A DNA stretch of 64,000 nt, from assembly GCF_964204865.1 (NCBI RefSeq), contig NC_135261.1, forward strand, positions 20,522,001 through 20,586,000, read 5' to 3'. A program made the translations under genes and the position numbers. A model generated the notes under the pieces. The model saw only the letters and a list, made by a program, of their open reading frames with translations. It made no database searches and had not been told where the DNA came from. Positions 12,871 to 27,336 of this stretch are shown here, piece by piece (position 1 is the stretch's first letter; every line of letters begins with the position of its first letter). Source of the DNA: Styela clava (lineage: Eukaryota).

Positions 12871-15304
12871 GATACCGAAAATATTTCAAAGAGAGGAATC
12901 AATAACTAATATCGGTTCAATAACTTATAAACCTTATTTTTACATTCATCCAAATGATGTCTATGATTAAACACAAAGCTTTGATTTTCTCTATGTGATT
13001 TTCAGATATTTTGCAACGGTGTCACTGTGTTGATTCTCATGTTTTTCAACGATTATATGTTCCCTATCACACAACAATCTGATACACAGATATCAAATGC
13101 AACAGCATATACTCCAGTATCAGAATATACAACCGTGAATTTCTCTATTATTGACATCTCACAATGTGGTTCAAGGGATTGTCCGGTAGGTATCATAACG
13201 AAAGTATTAACAAAATCAGAGAGTTGAAGTTTTCTTCAAAGTTTCAATTATTTCTTGAGTCATTGGATGCTGTTTTCGCATATTATCAATATATATATGT
13301 ATATTATATTATCGCAAGTCATTATAGTTCGTGTTATTCACAAGAAAAAATACCAATATAAATGAAAATACAATTAGGCTTATAATTTTTCAAATTTTAC
13401 ACTAATGCCTACGATTAGAATATATTAAATCGACTTCGTGGTTTTTTTTTCAGAGCGAATATGCATTCAGCGATTCCAACAAACTTGCAGCATTTGTACC
13501 GGGTCAGACTACACGAAATGTGCTTTTGATTTGGTATTTAATAATGCAGTTAGGAGCCGCTTTACTTCATTTTATGTTAATGGATAGTATCGCGGACGAT
13601 TTTCCCAGTCAAATAGTAGATGGTAAGCTTCTGACGCTGTTGGTAGGCAAATAATTTGGAGTATAGTAAATTTAATAAATAAAAAATTGTGGTGTTGATG
13701 TGGTAGTCTTTATTCTCGGTCATTCATTGTTAATCAGGAAAACTTGCCAAGCAACAATGCGTACCATCTTGTCCCACCTGATTGCCAACAAAACATTAAT
13801 TGATACATGCTATTTACTTTGTTATATAATTATATGAATCCGAATTCCATTATCTCCGTAAACCGTTATCATCACATTAGTAAAAATTGGAAATATCCCA
13901 GAGCTCAACTTATTTCTTTATTATGATTGTAAGATATTGTGACAGTAATAGTATGCAGTTTCTGGAATTGACTGTTTCGGGATTATGACCAAATTACGTT
14001 CGGCGGATCAGTCTTTTTGGTCAATTGTTTTCGTTTCCTTATATAGTTGTGTCATGAAATAATTTTGTTTTACCAGTTTCTAGAAACGAAGAAGAATCTC
14101 CAACTCAAACCTTATTGAACAAGCCAAAAGAAAATGTTCATTGGTTGTTCAAATCAATAAAAATATCCTTCGTTTATCTCGCGTCATTGCAAGGAATTCT
14201 TTCTGCACCAGTTTACCTTTTATATGGATTAACAGTCTCATTCATCTGGTCGGAATTTAGTCGTGCTTTCGTTACATGCATAGTCGGATTAAGTCAGGTA
14301 GACTATATCCGTGAGTTTATGTAGCATTATGTATTTTAAAGTAAGGAGCTTAAAAAACACAGGGTACGGTTATGGACAACGTTTGCAAGTCTCTCACAAA
14401 CTCGTCTTTCAGATATGATCTCAATAATTCCGTATTGCTGGCTGCAAACCCCCTCACTACTCCAAAATGGTATTTAGAATATTATTTATTAAAAAAAAAT
14501 CAACATATGTAAATTAAACACTTAAACGTGGTAATTTAATTTCATTTATAAATCTCTGGTGTGTGGCACTAGTACATTGCTGTAGACGTTGTGAAAAAGT
14601 GTATGCACCATCGAATGAGTACAGTTCTGGACAATACAATCACACTTCCGAATTGGAACCCACATATAAGCATGTAAAACCCTGTCATTACTTATCGACG
14701 TTTCACACTGGGTGAATTTAAAATAGTCTGTCTTTTGTTAAATTATCAGGTTGGAATAACCAGCGCCCTCATTGAATTAATAGCATTTGTTGTATCTATG
14801 GCCATATCGAGGTGCGCCTCTACTTTTGGAATGTTCCATATCTTCGTGTTTGGTCTATGTTTCGACGTCGCGATGTACTTGGTGGTTTTACTTTGGGCAC
14901 CAACTGTTTCTACATCCTATCTCGTCTATATTGTTGCGTTGATGTTTGGAATCACTCATGCTGTTCGGAGAAATACGCAATATCGTAAGTTTATTATTGT
15001 CGTTAGATTGAACATTTTCCTATAAAACTATTTCATATTTTTTTTATTCCAAATCCGCTTCAATAATCTTTGCTTATTTATAGTAACAACCTCTGCTTTT
15101 TGTCCGGATAAAGAAATAGGATTCACACTGCAAAATGTAATTGGAGGAATGGGCTTGATGCTGACATATTCGTGGACAACTGCTTTCTGTGTTGATGTTA
15201 AAATATATGTTATGATAGGAGTCGTCGTTATCACAACTGTACTTTGGATGTTTTCCTATAGAATATACAAGCAAAAGGTAGTAGCAAAAACTAATGAATC
15301 TTAG
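9265..15304 (+). CDS. UNC-93-like (UNC93A-related) MFS membrane protein, paralog A, 504 aa; exons 9265-9373, 10036-10227, 12369-12556, 13006-13185, 13454-13622, 14077-14297, 14750-14984, 15084-15304
   Basis: All introns are GT-AG and phase-consistent (1515 nt total). Motifs LQSSIN..LG, ANFYP.WFT..PT, TWSA, CGSRDC, SEFSRAFVTC..G and FCVDVKIY parallel UNC93A. AATAAA lies at 15332. Confidence 0.9.
10363..10849. mobile_element. Degenerate hAT-Charlie-like MITE in intron 2 of paralog A
   Basis: Ends are CATGGGTTCTCAA and AAGAAAACCATTG, with subterminal GGGGCTCCG repeats. The TSD is not clean. Confidence 0.55.
10949..10992 (+). ncRNA. Degenerate minimal hammerhead-like motif (probable solo PLE terminal repeat)
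   Basis: TTTGT-CTGAAGG-GTCTGACCTTGGTCAGAA-GAAA-CGTC-ACATA. It has a 7-bp TCTGACC/GGTCAGA inverted repeat and TGT/ACA stem I, but core A9 is G and the stem II closing pair is mismatched. Confidence 0.4.
11809..12191 (+). mobile_element. DINE-1-like / Helentron-associated interspersed element (HINE)
   Basis: Begins TTATTGGACACGTAGTGGAC and ends ATATATTTGAGCATCGTTTTCTTAGTT. The body is similar to 55742-56056, 56179-56465 and 60140-60382. Confidence 0.6.
12799..12867. repeat. Compound (CT)n(AT)n microsatellite
   Basis: Directly visible in intron 3 of paralog A. Confidence 0.95.
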
Positions 15305-16181
15305 TTTGTGCTCCGGTAACGGACTTTGTAAAATAAATATATACTATATGAAAAGGTTTTTGAATGTGTATATAAGTTGAACGGGAAACGTATTAGTTTG
15401 AGATAATGAGGTTAAGCGAGTCCTAAATAATAAGACAAATAACCAATTTAATTCTGAATAAAAAATGAAGTAATTACAATATATATTTACGGAACCAACA
15501 GCGGGCAGTTTTCTGTTTTAAATAAATTCCATATGTAATGGGATGGATGAACAGTGCATGAGCTCATTTATTGTTATTTTGGCATGAGCTCACTTATTTT
15601 GGAAATTCATTATCTAATGTCTTTTTTTAACAAAATAATTTTGACATGAAAACAAACAATACTTTTAGTTACTAGATAGTTAACAAAACGCTATTATGGG
15701 ATTCTATTTTCAAATTGCCATTCAAGCGAACCTATTTTTTGGATTTTCGATCATAATTGGGTTTTCAGTTGGTATTCTCACTGCCGCATATAGATCATCG
15801 GCAAAGGCGTCGTCTGACAACCAACTCCACGCTACTCGAGCGATAACAAGTCGGTTAACAGCTCATATTCTCAAATTCCATATTTGTTATTTTTATATAT
15901 TCCTCATGGCTATTAGTTATGTGATTAAGCAGTCTCTGAATATATTTTAACCCAAGATATTTATGGAAATCCTACGAGGCACAACACTCAACACTCATCG
16001 ACGACTTTGAATGAACAGATTCTATAATCGCAGTAAAGCTGACATCTAGATCATTTCTCAGTGATCATGAGAACACTCTATATTGTACGTAAGCAAACAC
16101 CGAAATTAGGATATAAATAACATATATACGCGGTTCATTAAAATAGAAAACAACAAATGTTTCTAAACACATTATATATGA

Positions 16182-19100
16182 CTAAGACTGATTTTTTGAA
16201 ATATCCGGCAATTTCTTTTTGTGGTGTATTCTATCGGCAAGTATCCAAAGTACTGTTGCGGCAACCACTGATCCTATCATAATATATATTTTAACATAAA
16301 CGCAGAAAGCAGTTGTCCAAGCATAAGTCATCATCAGGCCTATTCCACCGAGGACATTCTGTATCGCGAACCCTACATCTTTATCTGGACATAGAGCGGA
16401 TGTTGTTACTGAAACACAAAAAATTGTAAAATGAACCTGTCAAATTAGTGATAATCGCAATTCTTTGTCCCATAAAGTGAATTTGGGTACGATAGCTTGT
16501 TAAATATTGTATCCTGGCCTAACAAAAACCCAATGGTTGGAAAGTTGCCTTGTTCAGTGTTACAACAACTGTGGAAATAAGAAGATATAATTTAATAATT
16601 AATTATCAGCCACTGAAAACAGCCTAATTTTGAGGACCGTTCGCTGGTGAAATTTCGCTGAAATTATTACTTACTAATGTATTTAATAATAATAAATCAG
16701 TTATTTCAAAACAAGTTAAAATATCACATTTATTTATCTCCATTTGACCTATTCGTTGAATATTGCAGGGACATGTGCATCTATCTACACACAAAAAAAT
16801 TGTAGAGAACCAAAACAGACTGGAAAATATACGCGCGGATGCATGCGATGGCCAGCTGTTTTTCAACTGTTTTTCACAGGCTTGTCCATGGGGCATATTT
16901 TTCTGTCCCATTCCCATCCCATCCCATAGCAGTTATGCCTGTCCCATCCCATTCCATGGAATTCCCATTTGAATAAAAATTGTTAAATTTAGGTTTAGTG
17001 TCGACAAAGAAGACTACATGTGCGAAGAGACATGCAAAACAACAAAATTTACGGGATTTGTTAACTTTATATTCATACCTATTATAAATGTGTCCATCAC
17101 TACCTTTACGAAGTGTATTGTTAATGCTGAATATATTTTGATCTTTATAACTAACAAGCAAGCTATGCTCAAATAATCGGACACGAAATCCATAACGAAA
17201 TGTTTTACCATCATTTCTCCGAAAATCATGCGTTTTTCGTGCCCCATGGGAAATACAAATGTTTGCTGTCCCATCCCATGGGACGTTTTTCATAAACAAG
17301 CCTGGTTTTTCAAGTAAATTGTCCATCATTCCCATATCATTTACTTGCAATTACATGTGTTACATTTGGCGCACTTACATTTTTATTTTAGAAGCTGAGA
17401 CTTTTATTTTGGCAGCATTACCCAAATATATCACGAGTAAAAACAACTCACGATATTGTGTATTCCTTCTAACTGCATGAGTGACTCCCAAAAGTGGAGC
17501 AAAAATGTAGACAACATATGAAGTGGATGATGTTGGAACCCAGACCAGAGTAGCAACGTACAATGCAATGTCGTAACACATACCAAAGATGAAAATGTAA
17601 AACATTCCAAAATTTGAGGCACATCTTGATATTATCACAGATACAGTAAGTGATAGCAAGTCGACCAGCGCACTTGTTAGTCCAACCTGAAATATAAAAA
17701 GAGATATCATTTCTATTTGAGATCATTTGGTGTAATTAAATTTATCTTCTGAAGTGTGAAAGGCATATTATGTTAATTCAAAAAGTGCCCTATACTGGGT
17801 GTAACTTCTATATAAGTGTAATAACATTATTTTGTTGATATTGAATTAATTGTACGTTAAAAACTAAATTTTAATTCAGCTCTAAACACTAATGAGCAGT
17901 ATTAAAATTTGCAACCATATCAACATTCGTGGTTGTGCACACGAAAGATTTTCTCAGGTGCATGATGGTTTCTCCTCACTATTTGATATTAAGATATTTC
18001 AATACCATATATTTGACATTTCATTGCAGGCTGGGGATGACCTTGCAAACATTTGCCGGAGAAATGTTCGAGTCACTCCAAACCCCGTCAATCATTACGA
18101 GATTTTTTGAGAAAAATCTTATAATATCATGATATTTTTCCAAACAAACAAACCTGACTTAGCCCAACCACACATGAAACGTAGGCACGACTAAACTCTG
18201 ACCAAATAAATGAAATCGTTAATCCATATAACAGATAAACCGGCGCAGAAAGTATTCCTTGCAAAGAAGTTAGATGCAGAATTGATATTTTTATTGGAGC
18301 GAACAAAGCCGAGCAATCATTTTCTTCTCTTGGTTTGTTCAGTAATGATTTTCGAGTGGGAGATTCTTCGTCATTTTTGTTGGCTGTTTATAAAAATAAT
18401 TCTATTTGCAAAACATGTCGAATTCAGTTAATAGTTGCCTTCTTAAATATATATTGGTATATTGAGAACGTTTGCATTAACAAATGCAAATTTACATCAA
18501 CTATAAAAGGAAATGAAACAAAAATTCAATACTGAAATCACACAACAACACAACAAATATTAAGTAATACCAACCAATACTGTCATAGTATCCATATTAC
18601 AATCATTATGCAACATACACACAAAATAAACAAAAATGTTCATTGGCTGAGGTTACAGACAGTCAGCAATTTTGATTCTTACTGATTATATTTTTTCTAT
18701 GAGCATCAACTGGGATTGAATCCATCGCTATTGAATGCACTAAAACGGCTCCTAGTTGCATGAGTAAATACCAGCCCAACAGTACGTATCTAGAAGAATC
18801 GTCTGGTATGAATACATCGAGTTTGGTAGAATTACCGTATGCATATTCAGCCTGAAAGCAAAGTAGAAAAAAGTTTCTGATAATGATTAATAATCAAAAT
18901 CGAAATGGAGTAATTTGAATTAATATACTAACCGGACAATCTCTTGCCGCGCATTGAGAAATATCGATAACGGACGAATTAGTAGTTTTGTATTGTGGAC
19001 CTTGTGTAGGCAGTGTTGAATTAGAATCAAAATTAGTGTCCGCTGATTTATGATCAGGTCCAAATAAATCGTCGTTGACTAATTTAAGAATCAAAACGGT

Positions 19101-21521
19101 GACACCATTAGAAAAAATCTAAAAATAAGAATATTATACAAGTGAATAAGTGATGATAAAATGGCAGATTTGTAAAACTTCCAAAGATTATAAACTATAT
19201 TCGTACATCTATAACTTGGCAACCATGGCCGACAAATGACATTTGTTGCGATTGCAAACGTAGGTTTAGATGTATTCATATTATATGCATTCCTAATATT
19301 CGGTAATTGGTATTAATCAAATACAATTTATTAGAGACATGACAATATTTAACATCTGCTAAATTTGAATTGCAAACCCCAAAAATTCCTTAGGTAGGAA
19401 TGTATATATACAGTATACATTATATGTTCATAACTATTGAGCATAATTTATTTGGAAACATTGAAATCTGACATATTTAGAAGGAATCGGAACTGGGGCC
19501 TCACCTCTTCCTGAATATGAACGACTCACCTGGCCAAACGCGACAATTCCTAAATATATTCCAAAATACTTTTGAGTGGCAATATCAGCTTGTTTTCCAA
19601 TTTTATTACTCAGATTAGCAGTAGCCACTTTATGGACAATTACTGCACTTGCCGACCACGTGAATGATGATGACACCAATCCTGTTAAAGCTGCTGTCGG
19701 ATACATGGTAAACCATCCTGGAATTAAAACACAATCTATATTTGTGAGATTGTCTCGGCACCAATACTCACTCGTGTTTACCATATATCTAACAATTTCA
19801 AGAAGTCATTGGTACGATACAGAATAAGATTAAAAAACTTTTTGATCGAAACTATTTGTATTTTGAAAAGCATGTTTGAATTAGAAAAAATCTTAATCCC
19901 TAATCAGTTTTATTATTGATTTCAATATGTTGTAGCACATGAGAGTCTCTAAATTAGTAAATACGGAAAAAATTAATCTTACTTGGATAAAAGTTCGCTA
20001 TTGTAAAGAATGATGCTATGATTTCCCCAGTAATTAACGTTGCTTTTGCACCAAACCTTTTCAAAGTATAGGGCGCTGTTATGATACCGGCTAAGCCACA
20101 CAAAAAACAAATCAGAAGACTTTTTGGTCCGAGATCATTCTTGATATTTATACTGCTCTGAAGTGTTGCCAAACCTGACAAATAACATATATATGTAATA
20201 GAACTGACGCAAGATAGAATGAAACTATCTTGTCAGGGTTCTAGATCTGTTATGAAGTTTTGCGACCACTTCACTAAATAATGGGTCATAGATGTGAATC
20301 ACTATTTAAAAATGACCATACAAAGTTAACTGGAATAAATTGATTTTAAGTATAGACAGATTTTTAGCATTTTATAGAATAACAACTGCCTTTTATGGTA
20401 AAGAAAACACTGATAAACGTGATCAAATATGATTTTAGTAACTGTAAACACTAACCTCCGGAAATTATTATATTTAAACATCAGTGGTCAAAGCTAGGCT
20501 TCAGAAAATACAGTGAGTGTACTAAGATCACACTATTTTTCGACCTTTAAAACTTCAGATCATTCAAACAGGTTTATCGGAGAACGACTTTATTTTTGAC
20601 AAAATCCTTTTCATTTTTATCTCATCGAGTAATAAATATCATACAACTAATAGACTGTCAAACGAGGTACAACAGTGTAACGCTTAAAATTGTGTGAAAG
20701 CGTTTTGATCTTGACGATGAAATAGGTCAAATGTAAAGCAAACAACTCATGCCTTTGAATACAGAAATAATATTTACAAGTTCCAGTCAACGGCATATGG
20801 TAAACGGGTGTTGACACGAATGCAAACGTGATAAATTCCATGATCGCAAAAGACTATTCATTTAATTGAAAGGAGAGAAAATGTAATAGGATTATAAGAT
20901 ACAAATCCGTGGTGCTATCAACAATTATAAACCACTAATCGTTTATTCAAGATATATGTAGAGACAAAATTTACCTATTTTATCTATGATCAAGTTTCAT
21001 AACAGTGTAACATGCAATTTAAAAATCACATTTCAGCACTAATTCAGTCCAAAATTGATTCTACTTTAGTGACTATACTTCTGACACGTTATATATATTC
21101 GCTGTGTGAGAATGGAAGTTATTGTCACGAGATTTTTTTAAATATTCCAGATCATAAATATAATTTCCACATAACACGCGTCCTACAAAACCCACTAATT
21201 GTTGACTGGCAATGTAACTCAACCGAAACATAAGCACAATATTCCTCTAACATGACATGATATAGGAAACACTATATACCATATTTGATTTGGCCATAAT
21301 AGCAAGTAAACTATTACGTAGAAAGTGCATACTTTTTGACGGTTTTTGTAGCGTAATCTAATTTCTAATCGACCAATCATTTTATTTATTTATAATAATG
21401 ACTACTCACTAAAAGTTGAACCAACGTATACAGAAAATCCGAATGCACATGCATAAAAAGTACGTTTCCGATGGGTGAACTTCGTCGATGTCGCAATTTC
21501 ATTAACTTCAGCAGCGCTCAT
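16182..21521 (-). CDS. UNC-93-like MFS membrane protein, paralog B, 512 aa; exons 21521-21410, 20174-19983, 19717-19530, 19118-18933, 18851-18683, 18383-18154, 17686-17452, 16408-16182
   Basis: Same eight-exon structure and intron phases as paralog A (1539 nt, open frame). Peptides are highly similar, e.g. SSSFTWSASAVIVH, LQGILSAPVYLLYGLT and THAVRRNTQY. Confidence 0.9.
16877..17304. mobile_element. hAT MITE (CAGGCTTG... family) in intron 7 of paralog B
   Basis: Perfect 8-bp TSD GTTTTTCA at 16869-16876 and 17305-17312. TIRs are CAGGCTTGT/ACAAGCCTG, with subterminal CCCAT repeats. Confidence 0.92.
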
Positions 21522-22343
21522 ACTTGTGAAGTTGATTGCAGATTTGGTGAATTCATATAAATAACAAGCTCTTATTCAACAAACCCTAAATTGATTTGCT
21601 GATATCCTTTTTACTTGAAATGTACAATCGTTTCTGACAGAAAGTTATTTTTTGCATTTCATGTATTTTATTGAGTATAAATTTTAATTTAGTGGCAATA
21701 CTTTCTTTTTGTGGGGCCAGACTGACATTACCCATCTTCTGACGTTAAAGTGCGCTACTATACACAGTACACACTAGTTTTACAATGGATGTGTGTGTGA
21801 ATGACTAGATTGCAGTAATTCCTCTCTAAAATACAAAGTATTAGAGTAGAAGCTCAACACCACCTGTTATATACAATCGAATTGGGGAAAAGCTAGAGAT
21901 CATAAACCTAGTTTTCCATGATAGGAACAATTTTGTTTGGTTACCTTCATAAACTAACTGATTCTCAACAAGCGTCGCCACATAGCTTCACTGGATAATA
22001 AACGTTATGTTCTCAGTAATATGATATAAAAAGCTGAATCGCGTGATGGTCTGCCTTTTTCTCAAATATTTGGCGACAGCAGATTATTTTTTAAAATACT
22101 GAAATCGCCATGCTGGCGGGCATCACTGATTGCCGAAATGATTATCATAATGTTTCATTCCAAACAAATAGCGAGTTTCACCTTTGGACAGGCTGATGGC
22201 AACATTTACAAGGAAATTACAACGCAGCAATTTCAGTTGCATTAATATTCATACGCTGTCTTGAGGTTTTCGATGATTTCGAATTTTGACTGATTGTTGC
22301 TGAAAACGCTGCATGACTAACTAAACTTTGCGCAACTCTACAC

Positions 22344-23213
22344 CAGTGGTCGGCAACCACCGGGCCGCGGCCCATCGCCGGTCCGCGGAAAGGTTACTGC
22401 CGGTCCGCAGAGAGGTGACACAAAAACGGACAAGGCCGTAATAAAAACTAAACAATCTGCACCCACCAGTAAACCAGACAAACACAACACCAGGGTTTGG
22501 AAAAATGCGGCCCACGAGCTAATTTGTTGCGGCCCTTAAACGGTCCGACATTTAATAAATAAAACAAAAATCAATCCCAAATTTATCATTGTTTCTACAC
22601 GGATTTATGTGGTGATAAGTGCTGCTGTAGGGCGCTTCTTATGTGACAAGTAGCGTCAGTTGTATGTCGTTCGCGGAGAGACTCGGGTCGAACATTCTAA
22701 AGTGCTTGAACGGAAAAATATTTTTTCCTCTTGTGCATTCCAAAACCGGTTTTCTCGATATGCCCAGTCATCATCGCAGTTGTTAAGGGTTTCAATGTTA
22801 AACTCGTTACGAAACGAGTCGTTGAAAATTTGACCCCGAGACCCAAGACTGCGCCAAAGCTCATCTGTGCGACAGTGAAAACGTGTAATGTGCACATTCG
22901 GAAGAACATATGGCCTTGAGCAGCTTTATCTAAAATGCACGATTAAAATGCAGACGACGAGTTGCCATAAAAACGTTATCTTTCACATAGATAATAAGTA
23001 CATAAAAACAATGTATTGTTGGATAATAAAAAACGCCATACATCTCATTGGGACAGGCTTTCAACACCGCAATAGAAGGGTAGCAATGCGAATGGGCCAT
23101 AATTTGAAGTTTAATTATGGTAGCGATTGTTCGAAGGCGGAAATATTGCGGCCCGCGCGCTACCAGAAATGTTTATATTTGGCCCGCAAGTACATGAAGT
23201 TTGCCGACCACTG
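22344..23213. mobile_element. hAT-Charlie-like MITE, probably composite (inner start at 22491)
   Basis: Outer ends are CAGTGGTCGGCAA and TTGCCGACCACTG, with GCGGCCC subterminal motifs. An inner CAGGGTTTGG start is flanked by CACAACAC, which matches the right flank CATAACAC at 7/8. Confidence 0.75.
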
Positions 23214-25294
23214 CATAACACTATTGAGCATCATGTCTGATTTCATAAACAATTGCCATGTCAGTATGTCGAAATAATGCTGGGTCAATTGTTTTCTCTA
23301 CGCCCGTATAAGAATGTCTCTCATCAGTCCGACTAAGATCTCCCCAACAAAACAATACAGGCATTGTTAACTTTCCCAAAATCCTAATGTGAGGCATGGT
23401 TTTCAATATTGATTACTACAAAAACGAAATATCGAAATAGGCTGAAAGTAAGAAAAACGTTTCGTGTGTCAATGTCGACCATATCTCGGATATGGGGACA
23501 GTTAATGGCCATCGAACAAATACAGACATCACATTAAATAGCATCACCGTCGTTTTTAGTATATTGTCAACATAAATTTCCCAATACGTATAATTTATTG
23601 CATACTGCTCTACACACTTGTCATATCACTGACAAAGTGTTCAAGCAAGTTCTTTCATTGCTAACTCCATGTGATGAGCATACGTCTATAGGTTACGCAA
23701 TCAAGGTGCCCATTTCATGTGTGCGGATGTGGAACCTTTTAATTAGAAATCTATCGTTTAATTAGGAATCAGTGTTGGTCATCAGTTGATTGGCCAATTT
23801 TGGCGTCTCTCACATATATAGTTATACAAGCTGGTAGTTGCCCAGGATCTTCGCTGATAGTTTAGTTGAGGCCCACACTCAAGCAAAACTTGAGGATTTA
23901 CAACAGCGTGATTCACTGAGCGTGTTACCAAAACTGCCAGTTCATTTAACCGATGCGCGTTTTGTAGACATTCTTGCGTGAGTGATATACTTTATCTATA
24001 GTAATTAAAATAATACAGTCTTTTCGTCACTTGTCTATCTATGCAGAATTGCAGGCGTACAGTGACCTCGCATTGCAGTGAATAGTTTATTGTAACTGCC
24101 AGTTCATTTGAACGCTGCGCGTATCCTTGCAAGAATGGTGATACTGTGGCTAATAACTAAAACATGTTCATTAAAATTTCCAAGGCTTCTACAGTTTATG
24201 GATTACCGAAATAAAAAACGACTTGTGCGAACGAGTGTTTTCGTCTGCGGAGGGTGGCGTTGTTGGAATTTCAATTTTCGACTTAGTTGATGAGATATTG
24301 GCGACAGAATTGTATGAAAATGTATCAACAATCGACGCCTTTTTTCGCTGTTGCCATGGAAACGAAACTTCAATTCCGACCTTCGATGGAACGCACATTA
24401 CCAGGGTATCAAGCTAAGCCACGTGTTAAATTCCGTAAAATTGGCCCAGCCGTTTAGAGTTTAGACGCTACAGCTTGGACACGGAAACAGACACACAAGC
24501 CGGTAGGCGCCGAGTAGGGATCTCCACCATTGCTTGAGGCCCGCGTCATTTCAGTTCAATAATGAGTAATAGGGAGACGCGGTTGTACCAAGAAAAGTTT
24601 TCCTTTTTGAAAATCAAGAATTTTGGGAATTAGGGATATCTCGATTTAAAACAAAATTTTGGTTAATTTAGTTGTTTCAATGGATGGAGAATATTTACAT
24701 TTGCAAGCTTCAATTGCAAACACCAATAGACACGATACGCTATGGTCCGGGCAAGATGTGCTTTTACGTTGAATGAAAAATAGTTTTTGGTAAGGCGATT
24801 AATCAATTTAAATTTTATTATTGCCAGCTAACATTTTTTCTTATTTTATTTATCCACTCATTCATATATGAAGTGGACGGATTATGATGCGAATGCATCA
24901 AAACCAATCGTTCACAATAAACTGCATGCAAATGTATACGATTAAACATTTAACTATTGACGATGGTTCTATTTACCTAATTTTAAACAAGTTTAGAAAA
25001 TATGTTGTCTTACAATTTAAAGTGATATAGTCAGTGCTTTTTTACGACTGTATTACGGTGAGTTATGTGGGAATATTACATCCATAAACGAGCAAGCTTA
25101 TAATTATTTCTATTGATTAGTGGTAAATTGCATTCACTCTGCACTCTAAGCAAAGGAGTTGCCTAGAAATATACATATCTATATCTTATTATCAGGATTA
25201 CATTTAAAGGTATTCTCACTATGAATTTAAATGAAAGTCAAACATGTCAGGACATGAAATAGAAGATCAATGCGCGGAATATTTCCCCTGACGT

Positions 25295-25640
25295 TACAAA
25301 TTAAATACAGGTATATATTAAAGTGAGACTAGGATTCAAGTATGCAGCTGCTGGACACGCAGCGAATGACCATGAAAATGCAGGTCAAATTTGATAAGTT
25401 TGTTGAAGGCGTTTTTTGAAATATGAATAAAGTACCTGAATTTTTTCAAAGTAACGTTTCTCAACCGAGGAAAATTCCTCCCCGGAGTCAAGGGCAGAAT
25501 TTTGCTTATTAATTGCTATAGTACAACTACTAATATTTTTTATTAAGATTACTATAAACGTGAGTCCGACTCGCGCGTGGTATCAGCTAAGGATTCATTG
25601 AGGACTGAAAAATAAACTGATTTTTATGCGTGAGGAAGGA
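25295..25640. repeat. Relic of UNC-93-like intron 1 (homologous to 1381-1760) with no adjoining exon
   Basis: Shared blocks TACAAATTAAATACAGGT, AAAATGCAGGTC, CAAAGTAAC..TTCTCAACCG and GACTC.CGC.TGGTAT. Similarity stops just before the position of the exon-1 donor. Confidence 0.75.
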
Positions 25641-27221
25641 ATATAAAGTTTCGATATAGTCAAAGGGAGGTAATTTAACAAACACGGTTGGAACCCAGTG
25701 ATGTCTAAAGCCCTATGGTTTTATCGGTGTCATATTTTGGAAACGCTAGAACATCTAGTTGGATTTAGCGACTGTGTCGATGGCGTGAATTTGGAAATCA
25801 CCTCAGTTTCCAATTACCAGTTGTTTAACGTTACTGTGCATCATAGAAAATTTAAAATGGCACAAATCGAATTTAACAGATTCGTTATATGTTGTTTCGT
25901 ACGTAAAAAGCTATATTTTGGTTATGGCGGTTTTGGTACATTTCAGTGGCTTGGCTCGTTTATTGCTTATGTGGACTAAGCTGCATATTTTATTAGACTT
26001 AATTAAACAAGTTTTATGTGAATTGAAGTTGTCTAGAATTTTATAAATCTGATATCTGAGTATATATATATCTTCATTATACCCTGTGTTGCTTGCAATT
26101 TTTCATTTTCAACAGTGTGTGCAATATAATTTTCATCGGTAATTTTATAAATCAATTTTGCGTAACTCATTCGATATGACTGGCGGCATTTTTCTAAATT
26201 GTTTCGAGGAAATTAGTATTCGCAGTATCGCATTTGCTTTAATTACAGTATCTATGATTTGATACGTGATTCGTTCAATTTAAATCTCACAATCTGGCAC
26301 GTACAAGTAAATATTTCGGATATATTCGTACTTTTCCAGACAAATTTCTGCGTATCGTTATCCGACAAGTTGTATACTTTGGTATGTATATATATATATA
26401 TTGGGGAAACGGAACTAAGAAAAACTAAAATGGCAAATATTTTATCGTCAACATTGATTGTAGCAAAAATACTTAACAGACATCTTTGAATTCTGTTCAC
26501 CATCCTTTTAACAAATATTTCTTGAAAAGCAATTGTAATCTTATGAGAAGTATTTCAGTATTTAATTAAAGGAACAGAAATCTTACGCAATCTGCTGAAA
26601 ATCAGGTTATATAAGTTTCCAGGGTTCAACAAACATATTGTCACAAAATTGAATACGGATTACCCTTAAAATTTCTAACTAATTAGAGTTGAATGAAAAG
26701 CATTTTCAAATGTACTCCGTATGTTAAATGAGCGTTGAAAATAAGGCAAACTTAGTAACATTCATGATATGTAATCACAAACTCAAACTATATCATGTAA
26801 CTAGCTATTTTGTACAAAATGTACAAGATTTTAATTTTGTTTGTAATTTTGTTTGTCTGGCTTAATCCGATAATTAACTCCCATTTAGCTCAAAGGCCGG
26901 AATTCCTCCCCAGAAATGAATTGTGAAATACTTGGGGTGGAACTCTGCTTAGTATTTGCTACAATAAAACCTTTGATATTCTTTAGTAGAACTACTATTA
27001 TTGCTATAATTCTTATTCCTATATATGCAAAATAAACTACTTGAACTGTCTGAAAACAGAGACATTAGCTATATATCCTGAATGAATAAAGATTTTTGCA
27101 TAGCGAGAAAGAAATAAAGGGCTAAAAGGGGAATTCAGCTAAAAAGGTTAGAGACGACTGATATAGATGATAAATTGTAGACGAGAGAGAACTATCTTGT
27201 TTAATAAAAGAAAATACTCAC

Positions 27222-27336
27222 TGAAAGTTGGACCGACGTATGGGGCAAATCCAAATGAGCTTGCATAGAAAGTACGTTTTTGATGTTTCAACTTCGCCGA
27301 TGTCGTGTTTTCATTTTTATTTCCGGTAATACTCAT
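27222..27336 (-). CDS. Orphan UNC-93-like first exon (alternative first exon of paralog B or relic of a deleted paralog)
   Basis: MSITGNKNENTTSAKLKHQKRTFYASSFGFAPYVGPTF plus A|GTGAGT, 115 nt, phase 1. No exon-2 homolog was seen between 21521 and 27222. Confidence 0.65.

Noticed and set aside
23450-23490. GAAACGTT hammerhead-like motif on the minus strand
   Set aside because: No CUGANGA core and no convincing helices.
24150-24550. Helitron-like non-autonomous repeat (AAATTGGCCCAGCCGTTTAGAG...ACAGACAC)
   Set aside because: Single copy in the window and the termini could not be defined.
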